Counted from the stretch's first letter, positions 38,188 to 48,237 are shown. The stretch is DNA of 64,000 nucleotides from Alphaproteobacteria bacterium (GCA_963665695.1 OY762427.1:627268-691267), one strand, 5' to 3'. Numbers and translations: made by a program. Notes: a model not told the origin generated them from the letters alone.

Positions 38188-39471
38188 TCAGGCGCTCAGG
38201 AATTCCGTCCAGCGCTTCACGAGGTAGTCGTTTTCCTTCATGAGCGAGTTCCAGACGGCGATATTCTTGAAGCGCGCCTCGTAGGAACCGCCGTCGCGGA
38301 TTTCGCCTTTCTTGACGATCGGCGTGCCGAACGGATCGCTCAGCTCCTTGGCGGCGGGCTTGCCGAGGTACCAGAAGTCCCATTCCTCCTGCGAGAGATG
38401 GTCCTTCACGTTGCTCCATACCGACATGTAGTAGCCCTGGCGGGCGACGAAGGCGCCGGCCCAGCCGTCGAGCCACCAGTTGAGATACTCGTAGGCGGCG
38501 TCCAGCTGCTTGCCGGTGACCCTGGCCGAGATGGCGCAGCCGCCGTGCCAGCCGCGCATGCCTTCCTTGGGCGCTGCGTAGATGCAGGGCACGCCCTCGG
38601 CCTTCACGGCGGTGACCGCCGGCGACCACATGCTCTGGATCGCGACCTCGCCGCTCACCATCAGGTTGACCGACTGGCCGAAGGTTTCCCAGAACGCGCG
38701 GAAGTGGCCTTCCTTCTTCTTTTCGATCAGGAAGTTGACCAGCTTGTCGATTTCGGCCCGGGTCATGTCGCCCTTGTTGCCGAACTTCATCAGGCCCATG
38801 GCCTCGACGGCCATGGCGGCGTCCATCGTGCCGATCTGCGGCGCGTTCACCAGCGCGACCTTGCCCTTGAAATCGGGGCTGAACAGCTCGGCCCAGCTCT
38901 CGATCTTGCGGCCGGTCTCCTCCGGGTTGTAGCCGATCGAATCGGCGTTGTGCCAGCCGGGCAGCATGGAGATGTACTGCGTCGGCCCCTTGGCCCGGCT
39001 ACCGTCCTTGTTCAGCCAGAGATGGCGGAACGGCGCATCGCCCTGCCCCAGGCTCGAGCCCGTTGTCAGGCGTCCGGTCTTGGTCAGGTTGGAGACCTTG
39101 CCCCAGTTCTTGATGCGCTTGGTGTCGATCGGCTGCCAGACCTTCGACGGGATCATCAGATCCATGTCGTTGAAGTAGCCTTCGGCAACTTCGTACTGAT
39201 CGTTCTGGTTCAGCATCTTGCCGATCATGGCGCCGTAGCCGAGCGCCTGGCCGCGGATCTTGTCGCCGGTATCCTTCGACGCCTTGCTCTGGATCTCGTT
39301 GATGATGCTGACGCCGAGCCCGATGGTCCGGATCGATTCGGCGCCGTACACGATGGCGGGCGCGCCGGTCATGGTTCCGGCCGCAGCGGCGCCTGCAGTT
39401 GTCAGCACGAACCGACGGCGGGACAGTCCGGTCTTCATTTCGTGCAATGTCGGTTTTCTCGGCATGGTCAT
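38188..39471 (-). CDS. ABC transporter periplasmic solute-binding protein (PotD/PotF-like) with Tat-type signal
   Basis: SRRRFVLTTAGAAAAG signal. Family-1 SBP length and composition. Lies upstream of the two permeases on the same strand. Confidence 0.8.
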   Translation of the reverse strand: MTMPRKPTLHEMKTGLSRRRFVLTTAGAAAAGTMTGAPAIVYGAESIRTIGLGVSIINEIQSKASKDTGDKIRGQALGYGAMIGKMLNQNDQYEVAEGYFNDMDLMIPSKVWQPIDTKRIKNWGKVSNLTKTGRLTTGSSLGQGDAPFRHLWLNKDGSRAKGPTQYISMLPGWHNADSIGYNPEETGRKIESWAELFSPDFKGKVALVNAPQIGTMDAAMAVEAMGLMKFGNKGDMTRAEIDKLVNFLIEKKKEGHFRAFWETFGQSVNLMVSGEVAIQSMWSPAVTAVKAEGVPCIYAAPKEGMRGWHGGCAISARVTGKQLDAAYEYLNWWLDGWAGAFVARQGYYMSVWSNVKDHLSQEEWDFWYLGKPAAKELSDPFGTPIVKKGEIRDGGSYEARFKNIAVWNSLMKENDYLVKRWTEFLSA

Positions 39472-39642
39472 CCTTTCAATCCTCCCATACTCGGTCCAAA
39501 CAGCCGGCTCGTTCCGCCGGCCCGCCCCGCCCGGGAGCGGAACGGCGCCGCGGCACGGCGCAACTTGTCACACCATACAAGTCAACGGGGCTTCCGCAAA
39601 CCGAAAAGCCGCCCGTCGGAAACAGCGCGCGCCCGCTGCGGT

Positions 39643-40110
39643 TCAGGCGCGCTCCGTGTGGAAGCGGACCAGCCTCAGCAGCCAGAAGATGATCGAGAAC
39701 ACGCCGGTCAGCACGATCAGCGCCAGGACGGCGGCGATCCGTTTGCCGAGGTCCGGGCCGAGGACGACCGACTCGCGCACCAGGTAGACGATCAGGGTCT
39801 GGACCGATTGCAATGTCGCGCCGGCGCCGATCAGGATGGCGATGAAGGTCGAGCCGCGCAGCGAACTCAGCACCATATTCTCCATGCTGCGCTGTTCGAC
39901 GATATGCAGCCGGTAGGCCCGCCAGTGATAGCCGCAAAAGCCGACGATGCCGGTGAGCAGGGCCGCCCAGAACACGACATTGTCGAAGGTCGTGTCCGCG
40001 ATGATAAAATTGAACAGTTCTTCGAACGGTTTGTAGAAGAACAGGAAAATCAGGACGACGATGTAGACCAGGAAGCCGACGAGCGTCCAGAACCACCCCC
40101 AACCGCTCAT
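39643..40110 (-). CDS. Small hypothetical membrane protein (4 TM)
   Basis: 155 aa from ATG 40110, rich in aromatic and hydrophobic residues. No family recognised. Confidence 0.5.
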   Translation of the reverse strand: MSGWGWFWTLVGFLVYIVVLIFLFFYKPFEELFNFIIADTTFDNVVFWAALLTGIVGFCGYHWRAYRLHIVEQRSMENMVLSSLRGSTFIAILIGAGATLQSVQTLIVYLVRESVVLGPDLGKRIAAVLALIVLTGVFSIIFWLLRLVRFHTERA

Positions 40111-40241
40111 CGCTTGCCTCCCCTGTCGCCGCGTTTCCTGTCGCCGCGTTCCCTGTCGCCGCATCCGGGCCGGACGCGCGCGCCGCGTCCCCGCCGGCGC
40201 CGCTCAATAGCCGAAGACGGAAGGGTTAGGCAAATCGGCAT

Positions 40242-41642
40242 TTAGTCTGCCCGCCTGTCTTCCGGGGCAGCCATCGGCGGTCGCCGGCCGTCCCAGCCGC
40301 TTGCCGCTTCGTAACAGGCTGCGATCCCGAGCAGTCTTTCGTCGCCGTTCCGGTCGCCGATCAGCTGCAGCCCGGCCGGCAGTCCGCCCGAGGTCAGGCC
40401 GCAGGGAACCGAGACCGCCGGCTGGCCGGTGAAGGACGCGAGGCGCGCCAGCCGCCCGAGCGCCCTGGCGCCGTCGACCGGCGCGCCATCCAGACTGCCC
40501 CGGCCGTCGGCGGCATCGACGGCCGGAATCGGCGTCGTCGGAAGGACGAATGCATCGTAACGCTGCATGAGTTCCGATACCTGCGCCTGCACCGCCTGCC
40601 GGACCGACAGCGCTTTCTCGATATCGCCGGCGGTAATGTCCCGTCCGGTCAGGACCCGCTCGCGCACGTTGGGCGCCAGTTTGCTGTCCGCTGCCTCGGC
40701 GCGCGCGCCGTGCAGGGCGTAGACCCGGCCGAGGGCGATCGTCGTCCAGGCCGTAACCGCATCGTCCGCAAACGGCAGGGCCAGGGCCTCGATCTCGGCG
40801 CCGAGCGCTTCGAGAACGGCGATGGCGGCGCGGCAATGCCGGGCGATATCCGGGTCGATACCGCCCTCGAACGGGGCTTGCAGCACGCCGATCCGGATCC
40901 CCTTCAGCGACGGCAGGGCCCGGTGGGCGCCGAACCCGCCGTCCGGGTCTAGCGCCGCCATCATGAGCGCGGTATCGCGAACCGAGCGGGTCATCGGCCC
41001 GCCGGTGTCGAATTCGCCGGCCAGCGGATAGATGCCCTGCTGGCTGACGCGCAGATGGGTCGGCTTCAGCCCGACGATGCCGCACAGCGCCGCCGGGATG
41101 CGCACCGAGCCGCCGGTGTCCGTGCCCATGGCGCCGGGCGCCAGGCCGGCCGCCACGGCGCAGCCCGATCCGCTGCTCGAACCGCCGCACACCTTGCCGC
41201 GGTCCCACGGGTTCCGCGCCGTGCCGAAATGCGGGTTTATCCCGGTCGGGCCGAAGGCGAATTCGTGCAGGTTTGCAAGGCCGACTACGATGCCTCCGGC
41301 GGCGCGCAGGGCGGCGACGGCCTCGGCGTCCGCTTCGCCCGGGCCCTCGTCGATCAGGCGCGAGCCGCAGGTCCGCACCATGCCCCGGACGGCAAACAGG
41401 TCTTTGACCGCCAGCGGAACGCCGTGCAGCGGCCCGGTATTCTCGCCCGCCATGACCGCCGCCTCGGCGGCGCGGGCATCGGCCAGCGCCTGTTCCGGAT
41501 AGACCGAGATAAAGGCGCGCAGCCCGCCGTTCAGCCGCTCGATCCGGTCCAGGCAGGCCCGGACGGCCTCGACCGGCGAAACCCGCTTGTTCCGGATATT
41601 CTCCGCCAGGTCGGCGATCGGCATCCAGTCCAGTTCGGTCAT
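40242..41642 (-). CDS. Amidase (amidase-signature family, GatA-like)
   Basis: AS-family Ser-cisSer-Lys region: GGSSSGSGCAVAAG...GTDTGGSVRIPAALCG. Confidence 0.85.
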   Translation of the reverse strand: MTELDWMPIADLAENIRNKRVSPVEAVRACLDRIERLNGGLRAFISVYPEQALADARAAEAAVMAGENTGPLHGVPLAVKDLFAVRGMVRTCGSRLIDEGPGEADAEAVAALRAAGGIVVGLANLHEFAFGPTGINPHFGTARNPWDRGKVCGGSSSGSGCAVAAGLAPGAMGTDTGGSVRIPAALCGIVGLKPTHLRVSQQGIYPLAGEFDTGGPMTRSVRDTALMMAALDPDGGFGAHRALPSLKGIRIGVLQAPFEGGIDPDIARHCRAAIAVLEALGAEIEALALPFADDAVTAWTTIALGRVYALHGARAEAADSKLAPNVRERVLTGRDITAGDIEKALSVRQAVQAQVSELMQRYDAFVLPTTPIPAVDAADGRGSLDGAPVDGARALGRLARLASFTGQPAVSVPCGLTSGGLPAGLQLIGDRNGDERLLGIAACYEAASGWDGRRPPMAAPEDRRAD

Positions 41643-41649
41643 CGCGCCT

Positions 41650-42711
41650 TTATCCTTCGGCCGCCGGAACCGCGACGATCAGCACGATCCCGACGAGGAC
41701 GACATAGAGGCCGTCCTTGATCGCCGGCACGGCCTGTTTTTCCCGGTCGCTCGATGCGATCACGGCGATCGTTTCCAGCACGAAGAAGATCGCGCCGAGG
41801 GAGAACAACGGCCAGATCGTCTCCCACCAGGACGGGTCCTTGGCCGCCGGCGCGCCCTGCATCGCCCGCCAGATCAGCAGCAGGACCGGCAGCAGCGCCA
41901 GATAGAGATAGGCGGCGAGAAAGCGGAACCGGGTCAGCCGGCGGTCAAGCAGCCAGAAGACCAGGAAGAACGCCGCCAGGTGCAGCATGTCCCAGATCAG
42001 CGATTCGTATTTTGCGCCCGCGTTCGACTCCAGCAGGTTCAGGAAACCCAGAATCAGGAAAAAGACGAGCAGATCGCAGAACAGCCATTCGCGGAAGGAT
42101 TCGCCGCCGTTCTTCGCGCTCCACGACCGGGTCGCCTTGTCGAACAGCATGACCAGGGCGACCGCCAGCGACGCCGGATACAGCAGGTAGAGCATCAGCG
42201 CGTATTGCTGCCCCGGATCGAGGGCGATCCAGCACAGCAGCAGGATTGCCGCCACCGGCAGAAGCAGGCCGAACAGCCGCGCCGCCGACGGCGCCTCGAC
42301 GGTTGCGGGAACGGCCTTTTCCGCCGCCTCTTCCTCGTCGGCGGGCGGCGCGCTCAGCCGCGGATGGGCCCGGATGACCAGGGTTATCAGAAAGACGAGG
42401 ACCGCGCCGCCGGCGACCGCCAGCATAACGATGAAAAAGGCGAGCGCGTCCGGGTCGCTGCGCCATTGCCGGGCCTGCGCCTGGGCCGGGTCGCCGTCCA
42501 GCGGCGGGAAGTGCCACACGACGATCGCGGCGACGGCGATCAGCAGGATGAGCGCCAACACGACCTGCGGCCAGCGGATGTTCAGTTGCCGCGCGCCGGC
42601 GGAGGTCGCCATGCGGATGCGGCCGGCCAGCAACAGCACCAGGAACGCCAACACGCCGACGACGGCAATGCCGATCATGATTTCGAGAAAGGCGGTCGAC
42701 CTGGCGTCCAT
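41650..42711 (-). CDS. Hypothetical polytopic membrane protein (~9 TM)
   Basis: Start placed at ATG 42711 (MDARSTAFLEIMIGIAVVGVL...). The listed ORF extension to 43821 is antisense to the isochorismatase gene and is low-complexity. Confidence 0.55.
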   Translation of the reverse strand: MDARSTAFLEIMIGIAVVGVLAFLVLLLAGRIRMATSAGARQLNIRWPQVVLALILLIAVAAIVVWHFPPLDGDPAQAQARQWRSDPDALAFFIVMLAVAGGAVLVFLITLVIRAHPRLSAPPADEEEAAEKAVPATVEAPSAARLFGLLLPVAAILLLCWIALDPGQQYALMLYLLYPASLAVALVMLFDKATRSWSAKNGGESFREWLFCDLLVFFLILGFLNLLESNAGAKYESLIWDMLHLAAFFLVFWLLDRRLTRFRFLAAYLYLALLPVLLLIWRAMQGAPAAKDPSWWETIWPLFSLGAIFFVLETIAVIASSDREKQAVPAIKDGLYVVLVGIVLIVAVPAAEG

Positions 42712-42861
42712 CGAAATTCCGTGCCGGGAAAGCGGCCGACCCCGTGTCGGCGGGCGGACGTTAGCCGGTTCGGTCGCGAATGCCAAACGGCTTGGACTCG
42801 ACGCCGGCAATCTGGTTTTCTGTTCGCCGCCGCTGGCCCCGGGGTTGGGGAGGGAGGAGCC

Positions 42862-43512
42862 ATGACAGACGCATCGAGCGAAACCTACGTCGACCGGACC
42901 TACGGCGCGGCCGGAATCGGCTACGGCGACCGGCCGGGCGTTGTCGTCGTCGATTTCCAGACCGCCTTTACCGATGCGCAATACGCGCTGGGCGGCGCGC
43001 CGCTGATCGAGCGCGCCGTCGGCAATACCGCGCGGCTGCTGGACGCGGCGCGCCGGGCGGACGTGCCCGTCGCCTCCTGCTATACCGCCTACTCGGCGAC
43101 CGGCCGGGACCGGCCCTACTGGAAGGTGCAGGCCGTGATCGAAGACCTGGTGCACGGCCATCCCGCCACCCGGCTCGATCCGCGCATCCACGATCCGGAT
43201 TACGACGTCGCCTTCTGCAAGTCCGGCGCGTCGATTTTCTTCCAGACGCCGCTGGTCGCCTTCTTCGCGAAAGAGCGGGTCGACACCGTCATCGTCACCG
43301 GCTGCGTGACCAGCGGCTGCGTGCGCGCCTCGGCGGTCGACAGTTTCCAGTGGGGTTTCCGCACCATTGTCCCGGAGGATTGCGTGGGCGATCATCACGA
43401 GGCGCCGCACCGCGATAATCTCCGCGATATCGGCCGGCGTTATTGTGATATTACCGATGCGGATTCGACGATCGGCTGGATCGAAACGTGGCGCGGCCGC
43501 AACCGCCGCTAG
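42862..43512 (+). CDS. Isochorismatase-family cysteine hydrolase (N-carbamoylsarcosine amidase-like)
   Basis: RBS GGGAGGGAGGAG upstream of the ATG. Conserved D...K...C triad context (VVVVDFQ...VIVTGCVTSGCVRASAVD). Confidence 0.8.
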   Translation: MTDASSETYVDRTYGAAGIGYGDRPGVVVVDFQTAFTDAQYALGGAPLIERAVGNTARLLDAARRADVPVASCYTAYSATGRDRPYWKVQAVIEDLVHGHPATRLDPRIHDPDYDVAFCKSGASIFFQTPLVAFFAKERVDTVIVTGCVTSGCVRASAVDSFQWGFRTIVPEDCVGDHHEAPHRDNLRDIGRRYCDITDADSTIGWIETWRGRNRR

Positions 43513-43534
43513 CCGAAACAACGAGAGACGCCCG

Positions 43535-45994
43535 ATGAGCAGTTCCGGCAGCGACCTCACAAGCTGGTTCGACAGCAAACTCGCCGATTTGCAGGAGCAG
43601 ATCGACAAGCTCGGCAACGGCGAGACGACCGACCGCGGCCCGGAGCCCGACCTGTCGGCGCCGCCGCCCGCTCGCGCAGCGCCTGGGCCTGGGCCTGCGC
43701 CTGCCGGGCGCACCAACGGCGGATTGGAGGCGCGCGCGCCGGCCGCGCCGGCGGGCGGCGCGGTCCCGGAGGCCGGGCGGGAAATCGCCCGCGACGTTGA
43801 CCGCGACATTGGCAGGGGCAATGGCGACGGCGCCGCGATCGAGGCCCGCGAGGCCCGCGCCGTACCGGACAGCGCGGCCGCCGGGCGCCGTCCGGCCCCG
43901 ATGGCCCGGCCGCGCCGGCGCGCCGCCGTCGGCGGCGGCTACCGGCTCGGCGTCGATGTCGGCGGCACTTTCACCGATCTGTTGCTGATCGAGGAGGAAA
44001 CCGGCCACGCCTGGACCGCCAAGGTGCCGTCCACGCCGCAGGATTCCTCGCAGGGCGTTCTGAACGGCATCGAGCGCATCTGCGGCTATGCCGGGATCGA
44101 ACCGACCGATATCGGCGCGGTGATGCACGGCACGACGGTTGCAACCAACACGATCCTTACCCTGAGCGGCGCCCGGGTCGGCCTGGTGACGACCAAGGGC
44201 TACAAGCAGACGCTCCAGATCGCGCGCTCCTATGTGCCGGGCGGCCTCGGCGGCTGGGTGATCTTCAACAAGACCGATCCGCTGGCGCCGCTGGAGCTGA
44301 CGATCGAGGCCGACGAGCGGACCGGGGCGAAGGGCGAGATCGTTGAGCCGCTGGACGAGGAAGCGCTGCGCCGCGACCTTCAGACGCTGCGCGGCGAGGG
44401 CATCGAGGCGCTGACCGTCTCGCTGATGAACGCCTACGCCAGCGGCGTCCACGAACAGCGCATCCGGCGCATCGCCGAGGAGATCCTGCCCGGCGTGCCG
44501 ATCTCGATTTCCTCGGAAGTCGTGCCGGAAATGTACGAATACGAGCGGACCGAGACGACGGTCGTGAACTCCTACATCCGGCCGGTCGTCTCCCGCTACA
44601 TCGAGAGCCTCAACGCCGAACTCGACCGGCGCATGAACGGCGTGCAGCTGCATATCCTGCGTTCCGACGGCGGCCTGGCGAGCGCCGACGCCGCCAAGGC
44701 GACGCCGGTCAACCTGCTGATGAGCGGCCCGGCCGGCGGCGTTTCCGGCGCGATCTGGATGGCCCGCCAGGCCGGCTACGACAATCTGCTGACCTTCGAT
44801 ATGGGCGGCACCTCGACCGATGTCGCGCTGATCCAGAAAGGCGTCGCCCAGACCCGGCGCGAGACGCGGGTTGCCGACGTGACGGTGCGGGCGTCGTCGG
44901 TCGATGTCCGCACGGTCGGCGCCGGCGGCGGCTCGATCGCCTATGTGCCGGAGTTGACGAAAGCGCTGCGCGTCGGGCCCCAGAGCGCCGGGGCGGAGCC
45001 GGGCCCCGCGGCCTACGGCAAGGGCGGCGGCGAGCCGACCGTGACCGACGCCAACGTCGTGCTCGGCTATCTGCCGTCCGGCGCCCGGCTCGGCGGCGAG
45101 ATGCAGCTGGATTACCGGGCCGCCGAGGAGGCGGTCGGCAAGGTCGCCAAGGCGATGGACCTGCCGCTCAAGGCCGCCGCCGAAGGCATCGTCGACATCG
45201 TCAACGAGAACATGTTCGGCGCCCTTCGGCTGGTCTCGGTCGAGCAGGGTTTCGATCCGCGGGACTTTGCGCTCATCGGCTTCGGCGGCGCCGGCCCGCT
45301 GCACGCCAACGCGCTCGGCCGGCTGATGAATTCCTGGCCGGTCATCGTCCCGCCGGGGCCGGGCGTGCTGTGCGCCTACGGCGATGCGACCACGCGGGTG
45401 CGCGACGAGGCCTCCCGCACCTTCGTGCGCCGCTTCGACGAGACGACGGACGCCGAGGTCGCCGAGGCGCTGGAGGCGCTGGCCCGGCAGGCGGCGGAAG
45501 CGCTCAATGCCGAGGGCGTGCCGCGCAACGAGCAGACGACGCTCTACCAGATCGACCTGCGCTATCACGGCCAGGGCATGCAGCTGACCGTCGACATGAC
45601 GCCGGAGGACTTCGCCCAGGGCGGCCTGCGCGACGTCGCGCGCCGCTTCGACGAACTGCACGAGCAGCTCTTCACCTTCCGGCTCGACACCATGCACGAA
45701 TCCTACAATCTGCGCGCCCTGGTGCAGGGGCGGGAGAGTGCGGCGACGGCCGAGGAACTGCCCCGGGGCAACGGCGACGCCTCCGGCGCGGTGCACGAGC
45801 AGACGCAGATCTATTTCGAGGGCCGGGAGCACCGGGCGCAGATCTACGACCGCGCCCTTCTCAAGGCCGGCGACCGGATCGCCGGGCCGGCCATCGTCAC
45901 CGAAATGGATTCGACGACCCTGATCCTGAACGGCCACACGGGCGCCGTGGACGAGGTCGGCAACATCCTCATCCGCCCGATGAACGGCCGATAG
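43535..45994 (+). CDS. hyuA: Hydantoinase/oxoprolinase family, A subunit (second copy) with ~120-aa N-terminal leader
   Basis: Core begins YRLGVDVGGTFTDLLLIEE. The leader is 22 nt downstream of the isochorismatase stop. The alternative start MARPRRRAAVGGGYRLGVDVGG is at 43901. Confidence 0.8.
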   Translation: MSSSGSDLTSWFDSKLADLQEQIDKLGNGETTDRGPEPDLSAPPPARAAPGPGPAPAGRTNGGLEARAPAAPAGGAVPEAGREIARDVDRDIGRGNGDGAAIEAREARAVPDSAAAGRRPAPMARPRRRAAVGGGYRLGVDVGGTFTDLLLIEEETGHAWTAKVPSTPQDSSQGVLNGIERICGYAGIEPTDIGAVMHGTTVATNTILTLSGARVGLVTTKGYKQTLQIARSYVPGGLGGWVIFNKTDPLAPLELTIEADERTGAKGEIVEPLDEEALRRDLQTLRGEGIEALTVSLMNAYASGVHEQRIRRIAEEILPGVPISISSEVVPEMYEYERTETTVVNSYIRPVVSRYIESLNAELDRRMNGVQLHILRSDGGLASADAAKATPVNLLMSGPAGGVSGAIWMARQAGYDNLLTFDMGGTSTDVALIQKGVAQTRRETRVADVTVRASSVDVRTVGAGGGSIAYVPELTKALRVGPQSAGAEPGPAAYGKGGGEPTVTDANVVLGYLPSGARLGGEMQLDYRAAEEAVGKVAKAMDLPLKAAAEGIVDIVNENMFGALRLVSVEQGFDPRDFALIGFGGAGPLHANALGRLMNSWPVIVPPGPGVLCAYGDATTRVRDEASRTFVRRFDETTDAEVAEALEALARQAAEALNAEGVPRNEQTTLYQIDLRYHGQGMQLTVDMTPEDFAQGGLRDVARRFDELHEQLFTFRLDTMHESYNLRALVQGRESAATAEELPRGNGDASGAVHEQTQIYFEGREHRAQIYDRALLKAGDRIAGPAIVTEMDSTTLILNGHTGAVDEVGNILIRPMNGR

Positions 45995-46007
45995 GGAGAC
46001 AGCAGCC

Positions 46008-47903
46008 ATGCCAGCCCGCCTGATCCAGACCAACACCGCGCCGTTCAAGAAGGTCGAGGTCGATCCCGTCACCCTCGACATCATCGAGAACGCGATGCGC
46101 AACGCGCGCACCGAGATGGACGCCGTGCTGTTCCGCACCGCCATGTCGCCCGGCATCCGCGAGCAGCACGACGCTTTCCCGATGATCGCCAACGCCGAGG
46201 GCAAAATGGTCGTCGGCCAGTTCGGCTCCTTCTTCTGGGGCTTCCAGCAGGGGTACGACGGCGAGATCGAGGAAGGCGACGTCTTCCTGACCAACGATCC
46301 CTATTCCTGCAACGGCGCGGTCAGCCATCTGAACGACTGGCTGACCATGATGCCGATCTATATCGAAGGCCGGATCGTCGCCTGGGCCGCCATGTTCGGC
46401 CATATGACGGACATCGGCGGCAAGGTGCCGGGCAGCCTGCCGACCGACGCGGCGCAGATTTTCGAGGAAGGCATCCAGATCCCGCCGGTCAAGATTTACC
46501 GCAAGGGCAAGCTGAACGAGGAAATCCTCGAACTCATCCTGCGCAACTGCCGCCTGCCGGACTGGAACCGCTCGGACTTCAACGCCGTCGTCGCCGCCCT
46601 GCGCCTGGCCGAGCGGCGGGTGCACGAGATGGCCGAGCGCTTCGGGGTCGACGAGCTCAACGCGGCGATGGCCGAGATGCTCGACCGCAACAAGCGGGCG
46701 ATGAGCGCGATCCTCCAGATGGTGATCCCGGAATCGCGCCAGTATTTCGAGGACTTTATCGACGACGACGGCCTCGGCATGGGCCCCTACAAGATCGCCT
46801 GCACCATGTGGCGCGAGGGCGAAAAGGTGGTCTTCGATTTCGAGGGCACCGATCCGCAGTCGATCAGCTCGGTGAACTTTCTCCTCAACGAGGAGATGTT
46901 CAAGATGTTCCTCGGCTCCTTCTTCATCAACATTTTCGACCCGCAGATCCTGTTCAACGACGGCTTCTACGACCTGGTCGACGTGCGCATTCCGCGGGGC
47001 ACCATCCTGAAGCCGGTCCGGCCGGCCGCGCTCTCTTCGCGCACCCACATGCTGGCGCGCATCTTCGACATCATGAGCGGCCTGCTCGGCCAGGGTTCGC
47101 CCGAGGCGCTGTGCGCCGCCGGCTTCTCCGACAGCCCGCACTTCATGTATTCGGGCTACGACAAGACCGGCGAATGGTATCAGCTCTACCAGATCGGCTT
47201 CGGCGGCGTGCCGGGCCGGCCGGCGGGCGACGGGCCGGACGGCCATTCCCTGTGGCCGTCCTTCACCAATGTGCCGAACGAGTTCCTCGAGGCCTATTTC
47301 CCGCTGCGCATCGTGAAATACGAGACGATCGCCGACAGCGGCGGCCCCGGCGCGCACCGGGGCGGCAACGGCCTCTCGATGGGCTACCAATTCCTGGAGC
47401 CGGGCGAAATCTCGATCCACGACGACCGCTGGCTGACCCATCCCTGGGGCGTCAGCGGCGGCCTGCCCGGCCGGCGCAGCACCAAGCTGATGGTGCGCGC
47501 CGACGGCTCGGAGCAGTGGATGGAGTCGAAGTGCGACCGTATCCGTGTCGAACCCGGCGACACGCTCTACTTCAACACCTGGGGCGGCGGCGGCTGGGGC
47601 GACCCGCTGGAGCGCGACGCCGAGCGGGTGGCGCTGGATGTGCGCCGCGGCCTGGTGACGCGCGACGGCGCCCGGCGCTACGGCGTGGTGCTGGATGACG
47701 ACCTGGGCGTGAACGCGCGCGATACCGGGACCCTGCGCAGCCGCATGGCGGCCGAGCGCGGCGACGTCGCCCTGTTCGACACCGGCGGCACGGTCGAGGA
47801 GCTCAAGGCGCGCTGCAAGGCCGACACCAGCCTCGATCCGCCGCGCCAGCCCGTCTTCCAGAAATGGATGCAGGCCCAGCCGATGAAGCTGGCGGCGGAA
47901 TAG
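46008..47903 (+). CDS. hyuB: Hydantoinase/oxoprolinase family, B subunit (second copy)
   Basis: Canonical HyuB N-terminus (VDPVTLDIIENAMRNARTEMDAVLFRTAMSP) and a FLTNDPY block. RBS GGGAGACAGCAGCC. Confidence 0.85.
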   Translation: MPARLIQTNTAPFKKVEVDPVTLDIIENAMRNARTEMDAVLFRTAMSPGIREQHDAFPMIANAEGKMVVGQFGSFFWGFQQGYDGEIEEGDVFLTNDPYSCNGAVSHLNDWLTMMPIYIEGRIVAWAAMFGHMTDIGGKVPGSLPTDAAQIFEEGIQIPPVKIYRKGKLNEEILELILRNCRLPDWNRSDFNAVVAALRLAERRVHEMAERFGVDELNAAMAEMLDRNKRAMSAILQMVIPESRQYFEDFIDDDGLGMGPYKIACTMWREGEKVVFDFEGTDPQSISSVNFLLNEEMFKMFLGSFFINIFDPQILFNDGFYDLVDVRIPRGTILKPVRPAALSSRTHMLARIFDIMSGLLGQGSPEALCAAGFSDSPHFMYSGYDKTGEWYQLYQIGFGGVPGRPAGDGPDGHSLWPSFTNVPNEFLEAYFPLRIVKYETIADSGGPGAHRGGNGLSMGYQFLEPGEISIHDDRWLTHPWGVSGGLPGRRSTKLMVRADGSEQWMESKCDRIRVEPGDTLYFNTWGGGGWGDPLERDAERVALDVRRGLVTRDGARRYGVVLDDDLGVNARDTGTLRSRMAAERGDVALFDTGGTVEELKARCKADTSLDPPRQPVFQKWMQAQPMKLAAE

Positions 47904-48007
47904 CTGGCGGCGGAGCTGGCGGCGGCGCGCCCGCCCCTCGACATGCCGCCGGAACCGGAAAAGGAATAATATCCTTTATATTTGAGCGATCGTTCAATAT
48001 CGAATTT

Positions 48008-48237
48008 CAGAGAATAAGGCGGGAAAACAGAGGCTTGGCCCGGTTTCCTGACCTGGACAGACCGGTCTTTCTTTTTCGTTTTTTCACGCCGCGCAGCCCT
48101 AACCCTTTGGAATCGCTGAAAAACGCCATCGGGGAGTGCCGCAAATTCCGGATTACAAGGATAATAGTCCTTGCCCGGCGACCCCCTGTCCGTTTTCCGG
48201 AGAATAAGCGGAAATACAACGGGTTGGCCGGCGTTCC
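48008..48237. repeat. Two copies of a ~40-bp motif (GAGAATAAGGCGGGAAAACAGAGGCTTGGCCCGGTTTCC / GAGAATAAGCGGAAATACAACGGGTTGGCCGGCGTTCC)
   Basis: Seen directly at ~48010 and ~48199. A third, degenerate copy sits near 48413. Confidence 0.6.
48040..48090 (+). terminator. Possible intrinsic terminator after hyuB
   Basis: Hairpin CCGGT...ACCGG (GACCGGTC palindrome) followed by the T-rich run TCTTTCTTTTTCGTTTTTTC. Confidence 0.3.

Noticed and set aside
42712-43821. N-terminal 370 aa of the 723-aa minus ORF 41650..43821
   Set aside because: Antisense to the isochorismatase and hyuA genes and low-complexity. The membrane protein is better explained starting at ATG 42711.
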